Shown piece after piece: positions 21,459 through 31,574 of a DNA stretch of 33,466 nt. Made by a program: the position numbers and the translations under genes. Position 1 is the first letter of the stretch. Each line of letters opens with the position of its first letter. The notes under the pieces were generated by a model. The model saw only the letters and a list, made by a program, of their open reading frames with translations. It had not been told where the DNA came from and did no database searches. Source of the stretch: Craspedostauros australis (Eukaryota); the NCBI GenBank assembly GCA_030167865.1, contig JALAGF010001966.1, positions 1-33,466 of the forward strand, read 5' to 3'.

Positions 21459-23087
21459 TCAGCTGCGCTTGAAGGTTGGTAGCAGATAGTACGGAAATGG
21501 TTTGCTCACCATGCCACCGGCCTTGGCGATGGAAATCCCCCATTCTTCCTTCACGATGCGTTCTGCCTCCACGCGGATGATATCAGCCTTGGCCCTTGCC
21601 AACGGCTTCGATTCGCCACTGTAGCAGACCATGAACACCAATAACGACGATTGGCCAGCCTTTCGACCATCCTCGAACAGCCGTCGAAATACTACCTCGG
21701 GTCGGATTCCCTCAGGTGCCAAGCTCTTGAGAAGTTCGAAGACGGCAGGCCCTTCCACCAGGTCGTCCCAGCTGTGCGGGCATGATCGGTTCTCGTCGTG
21801 AGTCTTCCTGTCAAGTCTCAGTCGCATCTCGTGCCGGCAGCTCATCTGGTATGACGCACAAATCGATGGTGCGGTCCCGCTGTTGTGACCGGCATTGTCG
21901 TCAATGCCATCTTTCATAGCCCCATCGCTTTCGTCCGTCCCCAAATACCGCGGATACCCAAGGATGTACCGCTGTGGCAACTCCCCAACATTGAATGCCC
22001 GATCGCTGCCACGATACGATGACACGTCGTAGTTGGGATCGAATTCGTCTATCCGGTGCAGCAGAAGGCCGTGATTTGATGCGTATTCCGGAACCAACCA
22101 GCTTTGCTTCCAATCCTGAAGCGACTTCGACTCCATGCCGCCTTGATGCCGACGTAACGCAATGCGGATCTCGCCACCGCTGGGGTTCTCCGCCGATGGC
22201 ATCGTAAGCACTGCGGCGGCGCTCTTCAGGAACCCATCAATGAGCTGACGGTTGTAGCGATTGTTCTGTTTTCCCCTCCAATGTGGAAAGTTGAAATCGA
22301 TTCGGTCGAATGTCTGATTGGTGTCGGGAAAGTGGCTGGGTAAGTTGGTGGCGTCGATACCGAATTGTACAGTCGATGCTCGAATGAGCGGTTTGACGGC
22401 GGATGCATCTTCGCTACTGTCGCTGTCGCCACTGCTGTTGCTGCGACTAGTTTCCATGTCATCGAAATCGCGGAGAATACGATCTGCGTGATTCTCCGAT
22501 TGTCGATACACTCGATGATGGGTCTCTTGATCTTCCAGCACGGTGGCTGTGAGATGGTAGCATGCCGCATTCTCGTTTGCAGAACCATCTCGTGCGTCGT
22601 GCTCCTGACTCAACGATCGTAACGAGGAGCTGTAGGAAAGGTCGCCATCACCGACCACCAACCATCTCTTGAGTGTCGTGTCATCTTCTGCTCCGGCTTT
22701 CGCACTCGATGCGAACGTGCGGCAATCAGATGATCCATCGGATGATTCTGGCAGAACATCGGCTGTCGTCGCCGAGGCGAGATGCACGGAATAACGTCCG
22801 AACGATCCGCATCCTTTCCATAGATTTACACGACCATAGATGTTGACACTGTTGCTCCATCCGATCCTGCTGCTGTAGCATCTTGACTCAGGACCGGTCG
22901 CTACCGATGTGAGGAAGGTGCTGTGGTGTGTTCTGTGCCAGTTTCGATCATTTTGTGACTGGCTCGAATGCGTCGAAACCAATGACAATGCCGTTGACGA
23001 CGCTGCCGCCGTCCATGATGGCGGTAATCTTGCGCATCTGCGATGGCACACGAGCAGGCTGGTCAACATCTGATGGAATGCCACCAT
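21459..23087 (-). CDS. Bmt5/DUF2431-type rRNA uridine-N3 methyltransferase-like domain plus probable C-terminal ferredoxin-fold anticodon-binding domain (FDXACB1-like)
   Basis: First ATG at 23087 (ACCATGG context); single ORF. DUF2431 signatures: WLVVGDGDLSYSSSL, LTATVLE, FGIDATNL, FDRIDFNFPH, NRQLIDGFLKSA, GGEIRIAL. The C-terminal CRHEMRL...SLLVFMVCYSGESKPLARAKA...WGISI resembles FDX-ACB, a weaker call. Confidence 0.85.
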   Translation of the reverse strand: MVAFHQMLTSLLVCHRRCARLPPSWTAAASSTALSLVSTHSSQSQNDRNWHRTHHSTFLTSVATGPESRCYSSRIGWSNSVNIYGRVNLWKGCGSFGRYSVHLASATTADVLPESSDGSSDCRTFASSAKAGAEDDTTLKRWLVVGDGDLSYSSSLRSLSQEHDARDGSANENAACYHLTATVLEDQETHHRVYRQSENHADRILRDFDDMETSRSNSSGDSDSSEDASAVKPLIRASTVQFGIDATNLPSHFPDTNQTFDRIDFNFPHWRGKQNNRYNRQLIDGFLKSAAAVLTMPSAENPSGGEIRIALRRHQGGMESKSLQDWKQSWLVPEYASNHGLLLHRIDEFDPNYDVSSYRGSDRAFNVGELPQRYILGYPRYLGTDESDGAMKDGIDDNAGHNSGTAPSICASYQMSCRHEMRLRLDRKTHDENRSCPHSWDDLVEGPAVFELLKSLAPEGIRPEVVFRRLFEDGRKAGQSSLLVFMVCYSGESKPLARAKADIIRVEAERIVKEEWGISIAKAGGMVSKPFPYYLLPTFKRS

Positions 23088-23539
23088 GGTCACTTTGCAC
23101 TGCGTACCACAGCGTTATTGCATGAGTATGAGTACGAGTATGGTGCTCTCTGCCATGTGACCCGGTCGTTGGATGATTCTTTGAACGGCTCCGCTCGTAT
23201 TTTGGTGATGTGTGAAGTGCCGACATCAACCCATCAAACATCAAATTTGCGTGTTTGGTTGGCGAACCTTGTCATCGTCTGTCATGCGCCCGTCCGCAAA
23301 TGTCTAGATAAGAAACGGTAGATGTTCGAAATGAAGCTGTGGACGCAGCGCATATGATTATGCACCGATAGAGAGGAGACGACCTAACAGGACGAATGCA
23401 AGGTCATGATCTCGCTCGAGAGAGGGCACCCATCCCTTCATGGTATCGAAATGAAGACTATTAAGTCATGCAAACACATCATATTACACTATTCTATTGT
23501 TTGTGTTGGGCTGGATGTGAGTAGCGATTGTGCGGATTT

Positions 23540-25741
23540 TCAACCACCACCTCCGCCTCCACCACCTCCGCCGCCTTTGCCACCACCATTTCCACCACCA
23601 TTTCCACCACCGCCGCCATTTCCACCACCGCCCCCACCGCCGCCGCCGCCGCCGTCACCATCGTTGGCATCGCAGGACCCACCACCCGGGCCTCGTGACG
23701 GGCCGCGACCACAAGGCCCGTTACTATCGCAGCTCATGCAACACGTGCATTCCAGCATCTCGCAATCGATGAAGATTTCAAATCGCACATCGGACGGGAC
23801 ACCAATTTCATACCGCGTTTCGTTGATGCTGCAGAGATGGCTGACGGAGCCGTTGAATTGGTTCCCATGGAAACGGAGCTGTTCTGCGAATCTCCAATTC
23901 GCGAAGTGGGAAGAGATTGGGCCTGTGAAATTGTTGTACGAGACATCGAAACGGCCTGCATGTGTAAAATTGGGTTCGAAACATCGTTGAATGTAGTTGG
24001 GCAGCGACGGCGTTGATTGGTCGTGTGAGGAAGAGCAGAGCATGGAACATTTGATAACACAACAGCTCCGCTGCAGCGCAATTTCATTTTCACGCAATCC
24101 CTATGCAACACAATCGAGGTACTTACGAAGGCTGTTGAGCTGCCCCAACATCGTCGGCAATTCGCCCACGAAATCGTTGCGCGACATCGTCAAGTGATGC
24201 ACATGGATCAATTTCCCAAGCTCCGACGGAAGACTCCCATCGAAGTCGTTGCGCTCGATTCGGATGGATCGCAGACGCGTCAATGCACCAACTTCGGTCG
24301 GAAAGTTGCCCACCAATTCATTGCTCGCAACGCGCAGCTCTTCGAGGTTGATGAGTTGCCCGATCTCGGTCGGCAGCGGCGTGCCCGCGAAATTGTTGAG
24401 GGACAGCGAGAGTTCCGTCATACCGGAGAGGAGCCCGATCTCGGGTGGTATCGCGCCGTCGAGTTGATTTTGGCGCAGCGCCAGACTGATGAGGATGTCG
24501 TCGTCATCGCACTGACCGAACGCGGCGGGATACCAGACGCAGATGGATGCATCGGTGAGCCATTTGTCATTGCGCGTCCAGTTGTTGCCGTGCGTGGCAT
24601 GATACAGCGTGGCCAAAGCGTAACGTTGCAGTAGATCCACCGCGTTGGAGGTTGGTTCGCGAAAGACCGACTGGCTGGATTGCAACCATTGCAATGCGCT
24701 GTGTTGCGCCGAATTTGCATCCAATAACGTGTTGGGATCGCTGGTGTGGTTCGATAGAAACTCGAATATTTCCGTAGTGTAATTGATCATGGGCGCTGTG
24801 TCATCGCTGCTGCTGCTGCTGCTGGTCATGTCGAAACCGTTGGCATCGCCGTTGTACACGGCATTGGAATGATCATCGCCGCTGCGATGGATATCCCCCA
24901 GATCGACGAAGGCGGAGACGATGGCCAGGACGAACAGAAAGAACGTCAAAATACAGCACGGAACACCGATACTCATGGCAAGCCGTTTGCGCTGCTCCAG
25001 ATCCGACTTCACGGCGGCTTCGTGCGCGTCATGCAGTTGCAAGGCTTGTTCCAAACGAGTGGGTTCAGCTGGCGTGTCGTCTTCCACGGTATTGCGCACA
25101 ACTTCGACACGCAACGGTTCGACCGTTTCTCCCAGAATGCGTCGTCGCACTTGCTGTTCGATATCGTCGCGGGCCGTGGCATTGACCGCCGTGGCTTCTT
25201 GAACGGCGGCTTGCAACGGTGCGTCGACCGATTCTGTTTGCTGCTGCGAAGGTGCATCGACATCCGCCGTCGTGTTGGTGTCCGTAACATCAAAGCCGTG
25301 CGCCGATATACGCACGGCGCCGGGCGTGATGATGGGTTGCGTCATGTTGGGATCGGGCGATGCAAAGAGGTTCGCTGTTGTGGCGTAGTCTTGCGACGAC
25401 ATGATCTGTGGCATATCGCCCTTGATGGCGTTTGGTTTGGACGCAGCGGCCGGCGATCGCGTCTTGCTGGATGATAGACGTGCGGCCGCCAACTCGCGTG
25501 GCTTGGACTCGCGTCGCACCACCTGACCTGTCAGATCCACCGTGATGGCCGTGCTGGGCAGTTGGCTGTCATCGGGATGCTGCTGCATGGCTGCGTGCAA
25601 CGGCTTGGAAGCGGAGGGGCCATTGAAGCTCTCAGCGCTGCCGCGGTCATCGTTGTCAACAGTGCCGTCTTCCGCAGCAGCAGATGCATCGATCTCGCGC
25701 TTCGTCCCTGCTTTCGATGGCGAGGGTTTCCTGTCGTCCAT
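23540..25741 (-). CDS. Second type II membrane LRR receptor-like protein with poly-Gly tail, about 676 aa, 2 exons
   Basis: Exons 25741-24127 and 23955-23540; phase-1 intron 24126-23956 (GTAAGT...GCAG) restores LGQLNSL|RRFDVSYNNFTGPI. TM after RKR (SIGVPCCILTFFLFVLAIVSAFV), N-cap (QRYALATLYHATHGNNW...WL...CVW...C), plant-type LRRs, C-cap DCEMLECTCCMSC, then a Gly-rich tail. Confidence 0.9.
23543..23653 (-). repeat. GGN trinucleotide array encoding C-terminal poly-glycine (33 of 37 codons Gly)
   Basis: G11-N-G5-N-G3-N-G3-K-G11 then TGA, with mixed GGC/GGT/GGA/GGG codons. Confidence 0.9.
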
Positions 25742-26714
25742 GGTGGATGATTGTGTTCGAATGGAATATAATAGATCGTATTATACAATAGAATACAATA
25801 GAATACAGGACAATAGATTGCTCTGTGCAAGTGAAGTCTGAGACGGAATCGATACTGCGCTCTCTGCTGACACTGTTCGCTTCGAGTTTCTTCCTTGTGT
25901 ACAACGTCTGGGCAAGTATTGATCGACTACTATGAGCTGTGGTGGAACAAGCGTAGTGGAATAGGCCGTTGGTCGTAGAGTATTGGGATAGTAGAGTAGA
26001 GTAGAGCAGTGGTTGTGAAGATGGCGCACTACCCGTTTGGTCTCTGATGTGCTCTCTGATGTGGTCTTCTGTGCTTGTTGCTTGCTTGTTCTCATTTGGC
26101 TCCTGTCGACGCTGCCCTCGTTGCTTCGTCCAACACAGCACCTCAGCAAGATGGCTGTTTGCGCTTTTCGTCTTGGGCGCAAAGTGGAAACCTTCGCTGC
26201 ACAAGTATCAGTGATTCCTCACATCATCCAATTTGACACGACTCGATGTCGCCAACCGTGTCTGTTGGCGCACCGAAATCACAACTCTGCGTCATCTCAT
26301 CGACAGCTGCTTCCACACCTGATCAAACATGGATGACGGTACAACTCATCAAGACCAACGTCAATTGGTTGTGGATGTCCAAGCTATTTGTATCATTGTC
26401 GTCGGTTTGTGTCTGCAGAGTGTGGCGGCTGAGACATGGAGACGAAGGCCCAAGCATTGAAGTCTTCTCTCTTTCCGTTTTGCACAATCGCACCTCTGTC
26501 TTCCTTCCCGGGCCTTCTTCATCATGTGGTGCCGTAATCAACAGACTGCCGATAAGCTTTCATTTTGAATGAGTATTCATGGTGTACATCATGTATGTAT
26601 GGTGTTATTATATAATAGAATACGATCTATTGTATTATGTGTGACACTGATCTTTCCACTACTCGTATACGACGTACCCGATGTTCCGTGGATTGTTGTC
26701 TTCCAATCCAGCCT

Positions 26715-26954
26715 TCAATTCCCATCATGTGCTTCATCGTCGCAATCTTGGCGCCATTCGTAAATGCGCCACACCACGATGGCCAGCACCACCAAACCAA
26801 CTCCCGTCACCAACTTCATCATGAGGAATTGCCGCTGTGCGATGCTGTTTGGTTTGGCTACTTGCGATTCGATATCTCCTCGTTTCTGTCCATTGTTGTT
26901 GGAACGAGGCGGTGCACCGGATGGCTGCTCTGGATGAATCGATTGGGGACCCAT
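26715..26954 (-). CDS. Candidate 79-aa single-pass membrane microprotein
   Basis: ACCATGG start at 26954. Polar N-terminus, one hydrophobic helix (LVTGVGLVVLAIVVW), short acidic tail, and an AT-rich UTR-like stretch at about 26560-26640 downstream. No family recognised. Confidence 0.5.
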   Translation of the reverse strand: MGPQSIHPEQPSGAPPRSNNNGQKRGDIESQVAKPNSIAQRQFLMMKLVTGVGLVVLAIVVWRIYEWRQDCDDEAHDGN

Positions 26955-27694
26955 GGTGTCCGTCAAGATCGTATTAAGCTATCTCTGTTTCTGTTGATTC
27001 CTGTTTGGGTTCTGTCTCTCTCTCTCTCTGATGCTCTTCTGTGGTACGATTCCACAATGGATCTCCACCTTGCCGCGACTTCTTCTTGTGCCTTCGCTGG
27101 TTGCGCTCGCATCCACAGTATCCGAGAAAGGATCCAGATGATGTTATCCTTGTGGATGTGGGTTGTGGAATAGAGTGGAGCAGGCAACAACAAGATGGCT
27201 CTCTTTGTGTGTTGCGCATGCATTCGGAACCGCTGTCCTGACAAGCGCCATCGTCGAAACCAAATTCGTTTCGCCACATCTCCCTCCGAATTGTTCTGTG
27301 TGACATGTTGTGTCGTATGAGACATAAATACGACATGTTAGATATAAGACCCCCGTGTAAAATAACCGATGAAGATTTGGCGCCAAAAATCTGTTGCAGC
27401 CGAAAATGACCACGTCAGAACGGTGGATCGACCATGGCGGCGCTTCGTTCGGTGCCGTTCGATTGCCGCCGTTGACCAGCACAAAAACGAAGATACGAAC
27501 ACATCGCGAGAAGCACAAACGGAGACAATCATCTTGGGGAATTATTCATCGCTTTGGACCGCGCGCTGTTGGCAACAAGAGGCTGCAGCAGAATACGCTC
27601 CTCTATTCCATCATCACTGGTTGGAATATAGCACGCAGAGCATCCGTGCAATCAGCAAAGAGTCACGACCACGACAAATCCACTCCACCCCGCC

Positions 27695-28081
27695 ATGACA
27701 CCACCCGCAACCGCCGCCAACACGGCCGCGATCCACCTGTACCGATCGATCCGCAAATCGCATCGCAAATTCATGCCGCCCAAATTGCAGAAGCTGGGTG
27801 ACAGATACGTGCGGTCGGAATTCAAGCAGCACAAGTCCGTGACGCAACCGCATCAGCTCGATCAATTCATGGCGGCGTGGCAGGAGTACCTGCTGCAAAT
27901 CCAGTCCACGGCGCGCAAGCAACACAGCATTCAGAGCGGCATGCTGGATGAGCCGTCGGCGCTGTTGAATGAGAAGGCGCAGCGCGTGTCATTCGGCAAG
28001 CATCTGCCGTCGTCGTTCGATCTGTCGGACGAACAGCACGAGCAGCTCGAGCGATTGAAGGATGAAGCGTCGAAGGTATGA
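27695..28081 (+). CDS. SDHAF3: Succinate dehydrogenase assembly factor 3 (ACN9/Sdh7, LYR-motif protein)
   Basis: LYRSIRKSHRKFMP...LGDRYVRSEFKQHK...FMAAWQEY...FGKHL...LSDEQHEQLERLKDEA matches the ACN9/Sdh7 family pattern. 128 aa. Confidence 0.92.
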   Translation: MTPPATAANTAAIHLYRSIRKSHRKFMPPKLQKLGDRYVRSEFKQHKSVTQPHQLDQFMAAWQEYLLQIQSTARKQHSIQSGMLDEPSALLNEKAQRVSFGKHLPSSFDLSDEQHEQLERLKDEASKV

Positions 28082-29187
28082 TGGTTGCACAAGGAATCGG
28101 TGCATGTCCACGAATGTGGATGGAATCCAGGCAGGAATTGAGTGCTTGCTTCTTTGGGAAGAGATGGGTTGCGCGCGGCGGCGCAGATCTATGTACCATG
28201 TTGATGGTCAGAGGTCCACCGCGTCATGCTATGGCCGTGAGTAATAGCACAGCGTGCGTGGATGGAACAATGTTCGCAACTCAAGGAGTCGTGGAACCTC
28301 GAATGGCAAGGACGAGAGAGAGAGTCGCCGACAATCCACGGATGGTCGCCGCATCTTCAGAAATCAACAGCCGCCGCGGGTCGCGTCCAACCCGCGGTGC
28401 AAAACTCACGGTGTTCACAACACCCGTATTTAAAAAGATAGAGGCACCATGCGCGTGACGACCAACCTTGTGCGAGTGTTTGACTGCAAAGAACACACGC
28501 GACTTCTTGCTGCATCGTTTAGATGTGCGCGTGGTGCTTGTGTGCTTCAGTTTTTGAGACGTGGACCATGATCTTCGTTGTTCTCCGTTCATTGCGATGC
28601 TCTCATGCGTTCTCGTTTTTGAGAATCTGTCCGCGTGCTTGGCGAATCTCTGATGTCAAGAAGAAAACACGCCTGGCTTGGTGTCAACAGGCGTCATTGA
28701 AAGCGGTGACGCATCGAACTCCGTCATCGGAAGAAGTACATCCCGATGTACAAGTGCCACACAGCACGAGGGCAGCAATGGAAGTGACAATGGAGTGTTT
28801 GGAAAGATGGGTGTGGACGTCGGAAACCTGCGCATCTATGAGTATTGCTTTTACCGCATGCGGAATGCCTAGCTGTACCTCGAGTCTGGACCAAGCAAGG
28901 CTTCATCGTCATTTCGTTTCCGTGTGGTGATGCGGAGTTGCCGTTCGCTGCACCAGCAGCAGCGTCGGCGACCTCTGTTGCTCTGTCATTCCCACAAGCG
29001 TTGAGCTGCAAATGGCCAGCCCTGTGGCGCGCGCAAGGAGTCCCTCCAACGACCCAACCAAAGTCGCCGAGGTCGTGTACCTTGTTGTGCGCTACGCCTG
29101 CCCGTCATGGTGCACTCTTTAACAGGTGCGTTTCTGCCGGGAGGCGAAGAGCTTGCTTGCCGCATCTTTGCGTCTTCTCGTATTTCT

Positions 29188-29488
29188 TCATCCTGCACCG
29201 TCCTCTTGGCAACGGTCAAAAATCTCTGTGTGTGTTCCAAGATGGCGGTGGCGGAGAGCCGGCAGTGAAGAGAGCGAGGAGGAATTGTCAGTAAGTCGAT
29301 GACTCGTCGTGTACGAACATGCGCGCGTGAGGACAGAACCACTTGGACTTACTGTTCGCCGCCTCCTCTGCTTCGACGTCGAGGTCCCAGGCCAAGCCGG
29401 TGTCGAAGTCGGCCTCAGTCAATGCCTCCAAAGATGGATCTACTTCGTCCTGCTCCCGCTCGAACATGTCCTCGGGTTGATCCGCCAT
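29188..29488 (-). CDS. Candidate spliced acidic 57-aa protein, or 5' remnant of a disrupted gene
   Basis: ACCATGG start at 29488; exon 29488-29353; donor GTAAGT at 29352; branch-like TACTGAC at 29293-29287; pyrimidine tract; first AG at 29227-29226. Exon 2 (29225-29188) stops quickly. No family recognised. Confidence 0.35.
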
Positions 29489-30341
29489 GGTGAAACTTTT
29501 TGGCGATGTTGTTTTGGGTGCGCTTGTCCGATTCGATTTCTGTTCTCTCAACCAGATTTTGTGTGGGCGCGCCGCTCGATTTGCTCTTGCTGTCGTCGCT
29601 GGCGTCGCTGGCCAGAGACACAAGCGTTCATCAACTGGCGCTCCGGCTCAGCCGACGGGGAGGTCGATGTCAAATCAGGGCGGGACGTTTTCCTGTGCTA
29701 TCCTGATTGTTCGTTTTGTGTTGAATCAGCGTTACCCACGTCCATGTAACATTATGTAACTGCGACACGACATTGTGTCATTGACGAAAAAACATTAAGT
29801 AGAAGTCTGCGCGGGCGACTCCAGAAACGACACCACAATTAGACTGTTTCGACAACAAAATATCACAATCTTGGGCGAGAACGCACCACGCACACTTGTG
29901 TACAAGTGTACCTGGTGGAATTCCAAACCCAAGCACCTTGGGTTGAAGGCAATCGTGGCTCTGAGCAGGATCGAGCATTACCTTTTCCCCCTTGCGCGAT
30001 TCCTGGCCGCGAAGCACATGGGAGAAAGGAGCTGCGGCAGCGACCACGACAATGATGGCTCTGGCCCACCCCAGGTCTGTGCCGAATCGCTTTCGCTCCA
30101 TTTGACCGCACAGGGCCAAGTCGTGGCAACATCAAACTGTTCTCTGTCGCCCTCCACGTTCTCACCAGAGTGCTCTGCTCGTCCTCGTGCGGCCATACAT
30201 CTCTCTCTCTCTCTCTCATTCTGGCTGCCTCTCGTTCCGCGGAGGTCGCATGCACCATCCCTTCGAGACCACTCGAGCACTCGTGCGCAAGACATGCCAT
30301 GCCTCGTCATTGACATCAATTCTCGTACGACTGCGCAGCTC

Positions 30342-31574
30342 TCAGTTCGCAAAGGCGATGCACGACGGCGTCTTGCATTCGTACACTTCGACGCTATCCT
30401 CGTCCACGTGGGTCGGCGTGGTGATCTTCAAGATGGCCAGCGTATCGCTATCTTGATTCCCAACGACCAACCATTGGCCAGATGGGTCGATGGCAAAGTC
30501 ACGAGGACAGGCACCTTCGCAAGATACCCACTGGATCCGCGGAATTCGGGATTTGCCAGCATCTCCTTTCGCGGATGTGGACCCGCTCGTGCCGGATGCG
30601 TCCAGGATCACGCGACCGGTCGTATCGAGCGCAACGACAGCGATGCTGTTGTGATTGCGATTGCCCACGTACACGGCCTTGCCAGACGCGTGCATGCGGA
30701 TGCCGGCGCCGCTCGGTTCTCCGTCAAAGTCGGCTGGGTACGTGCTGATGTCCTGCTTCATCTCCAATTCTCCCGTCTTGTGGTGGTACTGGTACATGAG
30801 CAGATGGCCCGTGAGCTCGGCAACGACGTACACCTTCGGCAGAGTCGGGTGGAAGACCAGGTGCCTCGGGCCCGATCCGCTTGGCGTGCTGATCTTGAGC
30901 GGATCGGCCGACGAGAGCGGCTTGCGTCGATCGTGGCACCAGATGGCGTCGCTCCCTAGGTCGCACACGTACACCCACCGCTTGTCGGGAGACATGGCCA
31001 CGTGATGAGCATGCGACATATCCTGACGCTCGATGTTGGGTCCGTGGCCCTTGTAGCTGTACTGCTCCACGTCAGTCGTGAAGAGCTGGGCCGTGTTGCT
31101 GTGCGCCTTGTCCGCCCCATTTTGCTGCACCTGCTCCTCCTTTGGCAGGATGGGGTACTGCAGCACGCAGCCGGAACCGTACGATGCAACCCAGAGCTGG
31201 TTGTCATGGTGCATCACGTAGCAGTTGGCGATCCGTGGCACGTCGACTTCGGATGTGATCATCAGCTGGCTGACTTCCTTGTCGGCGTTCTGGACTGTGT
31301 AGACCAGCAATCGGGGCGTGACCTTCGACAGGTCCTTGCCTGAGCAGATCTCCTCCACAACGTACAGCTCCTGCCTTGCTTTGTCATACTGAAGGTACGA
31401 GGGATTGTGCAGATCCTGACCGACAGTCTTCTTCGTCTTATACTGCAGCGTCAATTCTCCTGTCTTGCGATCCAGGCTGAAGCAGTAGATGCCAGCTCCA
31501 TCGCCTTCGGGGACATGGCCTTCGGCCTGGGTGTACGACCCGACGAAGAAGACGATTGGCGAGGAAGAGGGCAT
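30342..31574 (-). CDS. Seven-bladed beta-propeller lactonase (YbhE/Pgl-type 6-phosphogluconolactonase / cycloisomerase-2 family), about 410 aa
   Basis: Likely start MPSSSPIVFFVGSYT at 31574 (an upstream in-frame ATG exists at 31697). Motifs: GIYCF, NPSYL, VASYGSG, GPNIERQDMSHAH, DLGSD, GSGPRHLVFHP, YVVAEL, YVGNR, CPRDFAIDPSGQWLVVGNQDSD. No intron needed. Confidence 0.92.
   Translation of the reverse strand: MPSSSPIVFFVGSYTQAEGHVPEGDGAGIYCFSLDRKTGELTLQYKTKKTVGQDLHNPSYLQYDKARQELYVVEEICSGKDLSKVTPRLLVYTVQNADKEVSQLMITSEVDVPRIANCYVMHHDNQLWVASYGSGCVLQYPILPKEEQVQQNGADKAHSNTAQLFTTDVEQYSYKGHGPNIERQDMSHAHHVAMSPDKRWVYVCDLGSDAIWCHDRRKPLSSADPLKISTPSGSGPRHLVFHPTLPKVYVVAELTGHLLMYQYHHKTGELEMKQDISTYPADFDGEPSGAGIRMHASGKAVYVGNRNHNSIAVVALDTTGRVILDASGTSGSTSAKGDAGKSRIPRIQWVSCEGACPRDFAIDPSGQWLVVGNQDSDTLAILKITTPTHVDEDSVEVYECKTPSCIAFAN

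Noticed and set aside
23406..23990. Plus-strand poly-proline (extensin/formin-like) ORF
   Set aside because: It is the antisense of the LRR2 last exon and its poly-Gly tail.
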